Origin: the human T2T-CHM13v2.0 reference genome, Homo sapiens
Direction: 5' to 3' (one strand)
Length of the DNA stretch: 64,000 nucleotides
NCBI RefSeq assembly: GCF_009914755.1
Contig: NC_060925.1
The notes beneath the pieces were generated by a model. That model was given only the letters and a program-made list of their open reading frames with translations, did not search any database and was not told the origin of the DNA. This document shows positions 14,736 through 25,800 of this stretch, in pieces (positions within the stretch are counted from its first letter, which is position 1; each line of letters starts with the position of its first letter). Made by a program: the position numbers and the translations under genes.

Positions 14736-15876
14736 TGCATGATTTTAGAATAAACAAAAGAATGTACTTCACCTGCTCTGCAATCCAAGGTAATACTAGT
14801 TCTGAAAGCAGTAACATGAAAATGAATAGGATTTGTTGCATAATATCTTCCCCCAACTCCTTGTTACATATTCTTATTTCAGAAAAAAAAAGAACAATAG
14901 AAAATGAGACATTTTTTTTCACAGTGGTAGACACCCAAAAAGGAATATGTGATTTTCCTCCTCTTAGAGTAAACTATCTAAAGCTTCTAAATCAATGCAT
15001 ACCAACATAGCTCAAAGCAAACATAAATGACACTAACAACACCTCTCTATCTGTAACTTGTTTTCTATATATGCCAATTCATCACTGGCTAGTAAAACCT
15101 AATAGGAGTGTGTGTATGTGGTTTTATTTTTCCATTTACATGATTAGATCCTTAGTTGCATTGTGATTGAGAAGCATCCTTTTAAAGAGCTTTACCTATT
15201 GCTTATTAAACATACATATCTCCATGTGTGAAAAGCAGCACGGGGGGGCACTGATAAGTGATGGATACACAGGAAAGAAAAATGGCTATCCCTCCATTCA
15301 TTGTTTCCAATTTATTCGTGTTGCAAAAGAGTGTGTGCCCTTGTGGAAAGTGGTGCTTCCCTGAGTTTTTTATTAACCTGCATCATCACACTCCTCCCAT
15401 CATCATTACACAAGGCAGTTAAGTAAACAGATATAATAGGCCTTGGTCTCATCTTTAGAAATTTACTTCCGTGGAAATTCAGCTAGCTATGTCATTTATC
15501 TTGCTTTTCAAAGAGTGATTTAAGTGCCACCCACATGGTGAAGCAACAGTAAGCTAAGTTGCCATAATCATTTATTCACAAATTATTTCTTGTGTGTCAT
15601 CTATTTCTTAGGCTTTGTATTAGGTATTGGGGTAATAAAAGTAAACCAAGTATGCCCTTCAAGTTTTTGCAAAGTAATGAGTACAAATGATCAAAAAGGA
15701 CTAATTGAACAACCACAATCTAAAAATCCTTCACTTTTTCAAAGGTATCCATAGCAATAATGAATAAAAGTAAACAATTAAATAAATAAGAATGTCTCTA
15801 CTAACTATTCTCTGAGTTCATAGTATTATTATATATGACATATAACTTCCTGACAAAATGAAGCTAACATGTCCAA

Positions 15877-15920
15877 TGTGTGTGTGTGTATGTGTGTGTA
15901 TGTGTGCGCGCACATACACG
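15877..15920. repeat. (TG)n compound microsatellite
   Basis: tgtgtgtgtgtgtatgtgtgtgtatgtgtgcgcgcacatacacg read directly. Confidence 0.9.
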
Positions 15921-16708
15921 TAGTAATTCACATGCTCAACATTCTAAAGTGACTCCAGTGTCACTTGGTTACAAGTACATAAATTTAATACATGATTTCT
16001 GAAAGTCTTACCAACCTGTGATCCTAACAGACAAATTGCTTTAAGCAAGTCAAGGAAAAAACGTAAAAGTTTTGCATGAAGGGAAACTAAAACCATCTCA
16101 GACAAATGGTAATTGTCTCTTAAAAGATTTTCAAAAGATTTTTATTATCAGTGAACTGCAATGGTTGATCCAGATGAAGTTGGTTATGAACCATAAGCTG
16201 CTCATGTTTGAGGAAATAATATATTATCATTTATTCAAGCTAGCAATCTTCGGTGCACAATCTGCACTCTGGATTAACTAGCAATGACAGACAGCAGAGC
16301 AGCTTTGGGGTAAGGCAGAGGTTAAGCTACCCTTAACCTATGCTTTGGTTAAGCTTTCCTTTGTGTTCTAGGACCTAATGGCTGTTTTCCTATTCATTTC
16401 AAATTATTAAAAAAGTGTCTAATTATACAGTAATGACATTTTTGAAATCATGGTTTTTCTTTTACACAGAGAATGGAATTGACAGTATGGTGTGCCTCCC
16501 TTCCAGGATCTGCAGTATTCATTTGAGCCACTAACCTTATAGTAAATCTTGTAATTTTCCAGTCAGATAATCTAATTATAACCATGAATAGAACTGAAAG
16601 AGTATTAATACTGTAATACCATATCAAATATACAATATGGAAACACATTAAAAGCTTTTTAATGAGTTTACTGAAAGAGCAATATTGTTTAAGATTTGTC
16701 AAATTTAT

Positions 16709-17092
16709 TGATATGGTTTGGATTCCTATCTCCGCTCAAACCTCATGTCGAATTATAATCCCCAGTGTTGGAGGAGAAGCTTGGTGGAAGGTGACTGGAT
16801 CATGAGGGCGGATTTCCCCCTTGCTGTTCTCATGATACTCAGTGAGTACTCAGGAGATCTGGTTGTTTAAAAGTGTGTAGCTCCTCTCCCTTCTCTCTCT
16901 TCCTCCTGCTCCAGCCATGGAAAATGTGCCTGCTTCCTCTTTGCCTTCCACCATGATGGTAAGTTTCCTGAGGCCTCCCCAGCCATGCTTCCTGTACAGC
17001 CTGTGGAACTGTGAGCCAATTAAACCTCTTTTCTTTATAAATTACCCAGTTTCAAGCATTTCTTTATAGCAGCGCAAGAATGGACTAATGGA
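16709..17092 (+). mobile_element. MSTA-like MaLR solo LTR
   Basis: Begins TGATATGGTTTGG, contains 'aagtttcctgaggcctccccagccatg', ends 'gaatggactaat'. Confidence 0.9.
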
Positions 17093-17509
17093 TCTGTTAA
17101 TTCTTGTTTATTAAGGTATATATTTCTCAAATTTGCTTTTCCATAAAACAGGTATTCTTGAAAATTTGTCTTGACATTCTGGTGGTTTTTAACAATAGAC
17201 ATAATGCCAAAAGATTCTGCTGTAGGCTCTGTGAAACATCTTCATTAGAACTTTAGGTGTTTTAACTGAAGGAGTCTGCACAAAAGGTGGATTATATTTA
17301 CCTCCTAAATCCTTCGGGGAACTGTAACCATCTCCATGACGAAATATTAAAAGCAAATCCTATTTTAATGATTTCTTACTATTTCCTGGGTATTGTGCCA
17401 CATATTATTTATTTTTATAGCAACTCTTGAGGGAATATTATCATAATTTATTAATAAAGGAATTCAGGCACAGAAAATTCAAGTTCCTTATCTGAGATAA
17501 AAGAGCTAT

Positions 17510-17945
17510 CTGTTTGCCCCTCTGACTGGAATTCTTCATTTGTATAGGTGGTTCTTCCTTATTCAGATCCAATGTCACCTCCTTTCCTAACCACCTTATT
17601 ACATAGTAGCTGTACACCCTTGGCCCAAGTCAGTGGCTATCTCATAACTCCTTTCATTTTCTTCATAGTACTTATAATTTGAAATTACACTATTTAATTT
17701 ATTTACTTACTTATATTTAATTTACTTATAATTTACTTATAAGTAAGTAATTATATTACTTACTTATAATTATATGTACTCTTTCTCTCTTCTCTAGACA
17801 TGTAAAGCAACTAGAATATAAGCCTGTTTTAGAGAAGAAGTTTTCAATTTGTTTATTATTTCTTCTCAGCCTTTTGAAAAGTGTCTGGTAGATAGTAGTT
17901 GCTAACTTAATGTTTACTGAATAAAGAAATAAATTAATGAAAGAA
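17510..17945 (+). mobile_element. L2 3' fragment inserted within a MIR
   Basis: 'aatgtcacctcc..ctagaatataagc..gtttactgaataaagaaataaattaatgaa'. MIR-like sequence on both sides (17440-17510 and 17946-17999). Confidence 0.6.
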
Positions 17946-17999
17946 AATAATAGAGCCAGGATTCAAACCCAGGTCTTTTGACTCAATATCCAAAGTTCT

Positions 18000-20900
18000 A
18001 TTTATTTATTTTATTTTATTTTATTTTATTTTATTTTATTTTATTTTATTTTCTTATAGGATACAGGTGCATGGCATGCAGGTTTAGTATATAGGTAAAC
18101 ATGTGCCATGGTGGTTTGCTGCACCTATCAACCCATAACCTAGGTATTAAGCCCCACATGCATTAGCTATTTATACTGATGCTCTTCCTCCTGCTATCCC
18201 CCAACAGGCCACAGTGTGTGTTGTTCCCCTCCCTGTGTCCATGTGTTCTCATTGTTCAGCTCCCATTTATAACTGAGAACATGCAGTGTTTGGTTTTCTG
18301 TTTTTGTGTTAGTTTGCTGACGGCAATGGCTTCCAGTTCCATCCATGCCCCTGCAAAGGACATTAATTCATTCCTTTTTATGGCTGTACAGTATTCCATG
18401 GTATATATGTACCACATTTTCTTTATCCAGTCTATCATCAATGGGCATTTGGGTTGATTCCATGCCTTTGCTATTATGAATAGTGCTGCAATGAGCATAA
18501 ATGTGCATGTATCTTTATAATAGAATAATTTATATTCTTCTTGGTATGTACCCAGTATTGGGATTGCTGGGTCAAATGGTATTTCTGGTTCTAGGTCTTT
18601 GAGAAATTGCCACACTGTCTTCCACAATAGTTGAACTAATTTACACTCCCACCAACAGTGTAAAAGCATTCCTATTTCTCCACAGCCTTGCCAATAGCTG
18701 TTGTTTCTTGACTTTTTAATAATCACCATTCTGACTGGTGTGAGATGGTATCTTACTGCAGTTTTGTTTTGCATTTTTCTAATGATCTGTGATGTTGCAC
18801 TTCTTTTCAATGTTTGTGGGCTGCATCAATGTCTTATTTTGAGAAGTGTCTATTCAAGTCCTTTGCTCACTTTTTAATGGAGTTGTGTTTTTATTGTGTT
18901 TTTTTCTTGTAAATTTGTTTAAAGTCCTTGTAGATCCCAGATATTAGATCTTATTCAGATGAAGAGATTGCAAAAATTTTCTCCCATTCTGTAGACTGTC
19001 TGTTCACTCTGATGATAGTTTCTTTTGTTGGGCTCTTTAGTTTAATTAGATCCCACTTGCTGAGCTCTTTAGTGTAATTATATCCAATGCGTCAATTTTT
19101 GCTTTTGTCGCAATTGCTTTTGATGTTTTCATAATGAAATTTTCTCCATGCCTATGTCCCGAATTGTATTGCCTAGATTTACTTCTAGGATTTTTACAAA
19201 TTTGGATTTTATATTTAAGTCTTTAATCCATCTTGAGTCAATTTTTTTATAAGTTGTATGGAAGGAGTCCAGTTTCAATTTTCTGTATATGGCTAGCCAG
19301 TTTTCCCAGCACCACTTATTAAATAGAGAATCCTTTCCCCATTGCTTGTTTTTGTCAGGTTTGTTGAAGATCAGATGGTCGTAGATGTGCAGTCTTCTTT
19401 CTGAGTACTCTATTCTGTTCCATTGGTCTATGTGTCTGTTTTTGTGCCAGTACCACGCTGTTTTGGTTGCTGTAGCCTTATAGGATAATTTGAAGTCAAA
19501 TAGCATGATGCCTCCAGCTTTTTTCTTTTTGTTTACGGTTGTCTTCCCTATATGGGCTCTTTTTTGGTCCCATAAGAATTTTAAAGTAGCTTTTTTCTAA
19601 TTCTGTGAAGAATGTCAATGGTAGTTTAATGGAAATAGCATTGAATCTATAAATTCTTTTGGAAACTATGGCCATTTTCATGATATTGATTCTTCCTATC
19701 CATGAGAATGGAATGTTCTTCCATTTGTTTGTGTCCTCTCTGATTTCTTTGAGAAGTAGTTTGTAGTTCTCCTTGCAGAGGTCCTTCACTTCTCTTATTA
19801 GCTGTATTGCTAGGTATTTCATTCTCTTTGCAGCAATTGTGAATGGGAGTTCATTCAAGATCTGACTTTCTGCTTGTCTATTATTGGTGTATAGGGATGC
19901 TTGTGATTTTTGCACATTAATTTTGTATCCTGAAATTTGCTGAATTTGCTTATCAGCTTAAGAAGCTTCTGGGCTGAGATTATGGGGTTTTTAGATGTAG
20001 CATAATGTCATCTGCAAACAGAGACCATTTGACTTCCTCCCTTCCTATTTGAATACATTTTATTTCTTTCTCTTGCCTGATTGCCCTTGCCAGAACTTCC
20101 AATACTATGTGGTGGAGTGGTGAGAGATGACATCCTTGTCTTGTGCCAGTTTTCAAGGGGAATGCTTCCAGCTTTTGCCCATTCAGTATGATATTGGCTG
20201 TGGATTTGTCATAAATGGCTCTTAATATTTTGAGGAATGTTCCATCAATACCTAGATTATTGAGAGTTTTTAACTTGAAGGGATGTTGAATTTTATCAAA
20301 GATCTTTCCTGAATCTGTTGAGATAATCATGCGGTTTTTGTCTTTAGTTCTCTTTATTGATTTGTGTGTGTTGAAACAGCCTTGTGTCCTGGGGATGAAG
20401 CCGACTTTATCACGGTGAATACGCTTTTTGATGTGCTGCTGGATTCAGTTTGCAAGTATTTTATTGAGGATTTTTGCATCAATGTTCATCAGGGATATTT
20501 GTCTGAAGTTTTCTTTTTTGTGTGTGTCTCTGTCAGGTTTTGGTATCAGGATGATGCTGGCCTCATAAAGTGAGTTAGAGAGAAGTCCCTCCTTTTCAAT
20601 TTTTTGGAATAGTTTCAGAAAAAATGGTACCAGCTCCTCTTTGTAACTCTGGTAGAATTCAGCTGTAAATCTCTCTGGTCCTGGGCTTTTTATGGTTGGC
20701 AGGCTATTTATTACTGTCTGAATTTCAGAACTTATTATTGGTCTATTCAGGGATTCAATTTCTTTCTGGTTCAGCCTTGGGAGGGTGTATGTATCCAGCA
20801 ATTTATCCATTTCTTCTAGATTTTCTAGTTTATTTGCACAGAAGTGTTCATAGTATTATCTGATGTTTGTTTGCATTTCTGTGGGGTCCGTGGTGATATC

Positions 20901-21809
20901 CCCTGTATCACTTTTTATTGTGTCTATTTGATTATTCTCTTTTTTCTTCTTTATTAGTCTAGCTAGAAGTCTATTTTATTAATTTTTTCAAAAAACTAGC
21001 TCCTGGCTTCATTGATTTTTGAAAGATTTTTGTGTCACTTTCTCCTTCAGTTCCACTCTGATCTTGGTTACTTCTTGTCTTCTGCTAGCTTTGAAGTTTG
21101 TTTGCTCTTGGTTCCCTAGTTATTTTAGTTGTAACATCAGGGTGTCAGTTTGAGATCTTTCTAGCTTTTTGATGTGGGCAGTTAGTTTTATTAATTTCCC
21201 TCTTAACACTGCTTTAGCTGTATACCAGATATTCCAGTATGTTGTCTCTTTGCTCTCATTGGTTTCAAAGAACTTATTGATTTCTGCCTTAATTTCATTA
21301 TTTACCCAGGAGTCATTCAGGAGAAGGTTGTTCCATTTCCATGTATTTGTGTGGTTTTGAGTAAGTTTCTTAATCCTGAGTTCTAATTTGATTGTGCTGT
21401 GGTCTGAGAAACTGTTAGTTGTGATTTCAGTTCTTTTGCATTTGCTGAGGAGTGTTTTACTTCCACTTATGTGATTGATTTTAGAGTAAGTGCCATGTGT
21501 TGATAAGAAGAACGTATATTCTGTTGTTTTTGGGTGGAGAGTTCTGTAGATCTGTATCAGGTCCACTTGATCCAGGGCTGAGGTCAAGTCCTAAATATCC
21601 TTGTTAATTTTCTGTCTCAATTATCTGTTTAATATTGGCAATAGTGTGTTAAAGTCTCCCACTATTGTTGTGTGGGAACCTAAGTCTCTTTTTAGGTCTC
21701 TAAAAACTTGTTTTATGAACCTGGGTGCTGCTGTATTGAGTGCATATATATTTAGGTTACTTAGTTCTTCTTGTTGAGTTGATCTCTTTACCATTATGTA
21801 TTACCCTTC
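18000..21809 (-). mobile_element. 5'-truncated L1PA (approx. L1PA8-10), 3.8 kb, ORF2 disrupted
   Basis: (TTTTA)n tail at 18001-18052. Six colinear ORF2 fragments: endonuclease 21120-21587 ('HGTYSKINH','SDH'), RT 19980-20810 ('GTRQGC','LFADD'), C-terminus 18256-18810. TSD ccaaagttct(a/t)ttt at 17990 and 21810. Confidence 0.97.
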
Positions 21810-22471
21810 CCAAAGTTCTTTTTACTATATAACATTGACTGCCAATATTCTAAGTCCTAAGATTCTAATTAGTAGGTATTTCCCTTCCTTTCAGGTACAG
21901 AGGAAACAATTCTTTAGCCAAATGTGCTATTGGTAAAATCCATCACGAACATCCTCTTCCTCGACTTTTTTTACTTATAATTTTCCCTATCCATTTAAGT
22001 GAGCCAGTGATCACTGATAAACTGGATCATGGTTGAAGTGATAAAAGGTTTAACATATTACTCTTTCATAGAACTTTGCTACTTTTCCACTATCAGTAAA
22101 TAACCACCCCTTATGTCCTTAACTTGCTTTTTACACAAATTGAATTTCAAGGTGCATCAATAAAATCAATTCCTTTCAAACACCCTAAGTTTTTTATCCC
22201 AAATATCCCTTGTCTTACTTATTTAGGAAATGCAGAAGATGCAGTAAAATTTAAGTATTTGCTTATGTACTTGCTGTTTGGTCTGAATTCAAATTCATGA
22301 CCAGAAAACTCAAAGAGAACTCAATATGTGAAATCCTAATTTGCTTTATTATTATGTTGGCTTTTGTATGCTTAACAATTACATGTCTTCTTTTCCCTCA
22401 AACTTTCTGTATGATTCCCCTCCTTTTACACCACCACACATGCACTTTTACCATCTTAGCAGAAAACCTTT

Positions 22472-22834
22472 TGTATTAGTCCATTTTCATACTGCTATGA
22501 AGAAATAACTGAGACTGAGTAATTTATTTTAAAAAGGGGCTTAATGGACTCACAGTGCCACATGGCTAGGGAGGCCTCACAATCATGGCAGAAGGTGAAG
22601 GAGGAGCAAAGGCATGTCTTAGGTGGCAGTAAGCAAGCGAGCTTGTGCAGGGGAACTGCCCTTTATAAAACCATCAGATCTCATGAAACTTATTTACTAT
22701 CATGAGAACAGCATGATAAATACACACCCCCAAGATTCAATTACCTCCCTCTGGGTCCCTCCCAGGATAGGTGGGGATTATGGGAGCTACAATTCAAGAT
22801 GAGATTTGGGTGACAACACAGCTAAACCATATCA
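22472..22834 (-). mobile_element. THE1 (THE1C-like) solo LTR
   Basis: TGTATTAGTCC...AAACCATATCA termini; 'gggagctacaattcaagatgagatttgggtg'. Confidence 0.92.
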
Positions 22835-22859
22835 CTTTGTTTCATACAGTCAAGTAGGA

Positions 22860-23283
22860 AATTGCTCCTGTTCCCATTCCCCAATCTACCAATTAATCTG
22901 CATCTGTGCCCACACTCTCTGCCTTCCTGAATATTACCATGAATAAAATATTCCTGGTTCTATCAAAGGGCAGCCCTTCAAACTGTGCTTGTATTACATC
23001 CCTTATGGCCTCTCAAAAACTTTCCCCCTAATATTATCTACTTTTAATCAATACTGTCACTTCCTTTTTTTCTCTATCTATCTCTTACTAGAAAAAAAAA
23101 ATGACAAAAACTATCCTGACTCCAGTCCCTCTTCACCTAGCTCCCATTCCTTTATTTGCCTCCACAGCAAGCCAACTTGCCAAGTTTTTAATAGTTTGCA
23201 TTCTCTCCTCAGCCCACTCCAATCAGGTTTCCGTCTCTAACATTCTGGCACGGTTTCTGCATCTGAAGTTTACCAATGGCTTC
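22860..23283 (+). mobile_element. L2 internal fragment
   Basis: 'catctgtgcccacactctctgccttcc', 'cccactccaatcaggtttcc' L2-like pyrimidine-rich sequence. Confidence 0.55.
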
Positions 23284-23676
23284 TGTGTAGACATGGAGAT
23301 GTGCTGTGCCTACTCTTTTTAAAGAAAAGACTTGCTCATGCAGCTTCCAGGGGATGTGGTGAGCAGACTGCCTCCAGCTATCAGCTTCTCCAAGTTTGTT
23401 CTCAGCCACCTGGCTCAAACAGCCCACATTCAATGGTTAAGCAAGATGGTAGTACAAAGTGCCTGCCAGTTCGCTGACATGGGCTAATTCTGGTGGCCAT
23501 TTTAGCCCAAGTACTTCCCCACCAGGTTGGAAAAGCTTAGTTAGACGTTCATCACAACTTAACATTTTTCTCTTATCAGTCTTATTTCCTTCTTGCCTCC
23601 TTTCATAGGCGCTATTCCCTAATAAACATCTTACATGCAAACCCAGCATCTGCTTCCAGAAAATCCAATCTGGACA
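23284..23676 (+). mobile_element. LTR16A-like 5' LTR (ERVL)
   Basis: 'gacatggagatgtgc..gcagactgcctccagct' start, AATAAA at 23621, ends 'tggaca'. Followed immediately by internal-type leader sequence. Confidence 0.8.
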
Positions 23677-23971
23677 GTCAATACCAGGACTAGATCGAGG
23701 AAGCAGGCTGGAAGATGGCGTTTAGTTTTTGGAGCTAGATTATTTCCCACCTGCAGGCAATGATGACTGATCACTAGTAAGGAGGAACACAGACTGCACC
23801 TGGCAAAAAGTGGCATCCAAAGGAAATTTTCACCTGTGGAAACCTGGTAGAGTGTGAGGATGTAGTGATAGAAACAGCAGATGTTGCTGCTGTTATTGAA
23901 ATGTATGAAAAATAATACATAAAACTTTATCAGGATTGGGTGGCTATGGCTAAGCACTGCTGGTGTTCTAC

Positions 23972-25097
23972 AGTCATGTTGCCAAGTACAGTGGCCACTA
24001 GCATGCATTGCTACTGTGTTTTTGAAATGCAGCTAGTTTAACCTATATGTATTGGGGCCAACAGGCATATGAAAAAATACTCAACATCGCTAATCATTAC
24101 AGAAATGCAAATCAAAACCACAGTGAGATACCATCTCACACCAGTCAGAATAGCTATTATTAAAAAGTCAAAACATTAACAGATGCCAGCAAGGCTGTAA
24201 AAAGAGGGGAACACTTATACACTGGTGATTGGGGTGTAAATTAGTTCAGCAATTGTGAAAAACGGTGTAGCGATTCCTCAAAGAACTTAGAATTACCATT
24301 CGACCCAGCAATCTCATTATTAGGTATATACCCACAGGAATATAAATCATTCTACCATAAAGACGTATACATGAGTATGTTCACCACAGAACTATTCACA
24401 ATTGCAAAGACAAGGAATCAACCTGAATGTTCATCAACAGTAGACTGGATCAACAAAATGTGGTGCATATACACCATGGAATACTATGCAGCCATTAAAA
24501 AAAGAATGAGCTCATGTCTTTGCAACAGCAACAAGGAGGCCATTATCTAACTAAGCAAACTAATGCAGGAACAGAAAACCAAATACCACATGTTCTCACT
24601 TATAAATGGGAGCTAAATGATAAGAACACATAGACAGAAAGAGGGGAACAACAGACATTAGCGCCTACTTGAGGATGGAGGTTGGGAGGAGGGAGATGAT
24701 CTGAAAAACTACCTCTAGGTACCATGCTTATTACTTGGGTGACAAAATAATCTGTACACCAAACTTCTGTGAAGTGCATTTTACCTATATAATGAAACTG
24801 CACATATGACTCTGAATCTAAAATAAAACAAAAGCTAAAAAATAATAAATAATAAATACATAAAAATAAACTATGTATAAAATCCAAGGAGGTAAATTTT
24901 TTTAACAATAAAAGCTCCAGCAGAGTGACAGCCAAGGAATCCTGACCCACAGATGGTTATGGAGATATTAATAAAACACGACATCCATAGGAGCAAAACA
25001 AAAAATGTTTTGTTTTGCTTTACATTTTAACATGTTACTACTAGAAGTATTTGAAAGTACCTATGTGGCTCACATTATATTTCTATTGTACAATAGA
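23972..25097. mobile_element. MER33-like hAT MITE, split in two (23972-24050 and 25006-25097)
   Basis: 5' part 'gtggccactagc..ttgaaatgcagctagt'; 3' part 'ctactagaag..tatgtggctcacattatatttctattg'. Confidence 0.65.
24055..24870 (+). mobile_element. Short L1 3' end (L1PA15/16- or L1PB-like)
   Basis: ORF2 C-terminal DNA 'gaaatgcaaatcaaaaccacagtgagatacc', old-L1P-type 3'UTR, A-rich tail at 24819-24870. Confidence 0.9.
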
Positions 25098-25399
25098 GCA
25101 TTATAGAACAAAGCATTTAGATTAGGTATAGGCAATTGAAAGCTAGATGTAGAAGCCAGTGGGCCTTTTATATTTTATACAAAGAAGTCAGCATCTGTTC
25201 TAGTGAGGGGCTAAAGAAAGCTGAGGCACAATTCTGAAACTAGGATGACTCCTAGAAACACAGAAAAAGTGATGTTGGTGCCAGTAACAGCTTATTATCT
25301 TCTCATGGTGATAGAATTCTGCCCAGCAACAAGCCCCACCATATGCATAGAACTAGTCAGCTTTTCTATTCTTGGAAAAGACCTAGTAATTAGATGATG

Positions 25400-25800
25400 G
25401 GAAAAGAGATGTCCGACAACAAAGACTATCATCAGTGGCATTGAAAAATGAATCCAGTTATGCATCAGCTATGATTGCATAGAAAGAAAAGTAGTAACAT
25501 AAAAATAAATGCCACTATAGACCAAATAGAACAGTAATCCTCTATTTAATATCCTTAGAGAGGTTCGAGAAGGGTTTGTATCTGTAAAATAAGAAGAGTA
25601 TATTATGAAAAAGGAATGATCATAGAATAAGAAAGAGCTCTTGGAAATTAAGCAAGTATTTACTAAAACTAAAAATTGAAAGGAAGAATTGAAAGATAAA
25701 GTTGAGGACATTTTCTATAACATGAAAATAAAGAACAAAGAGATAGAAAAGAAAAGAGAATCATCTTGGGAAGTATAATGCTTTACTAATTCCATAAAAT
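25400..25800 (+). mobile_element. HAL1 or ancient L1 ORF1-like fragment
   Basis: 'aatatccttagagag..aagaaagagctcttggaaattaa..gaagaattgaaagataaagttgagga' purine-rich, coiled-coil ORF1-like sequence. Confidence 0.55.

Noticed and set aside
15235-15255. GCACGGGGGGGCACT as a CTCF site
   Set aside because: Three mismatches to the core, including the conserved A; not supportable without ChIP data.
18256-21587. Chain of 116-184 aa minus-strand ORFs with endonuclease and RT motifs
   Set aside because: Frameshifted remnants of one 5'-truncated L1 ORF2 with no promoter or ORF1; not a gene or a novel RT system.
21878-21940. Strong acceptor-like tttcccttcctttcAG at 21894 (and ttttcttttacacAG at ~16469)
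   Set aside because: No convincing donor nearby; such tracts are common in AT-rich DNA.
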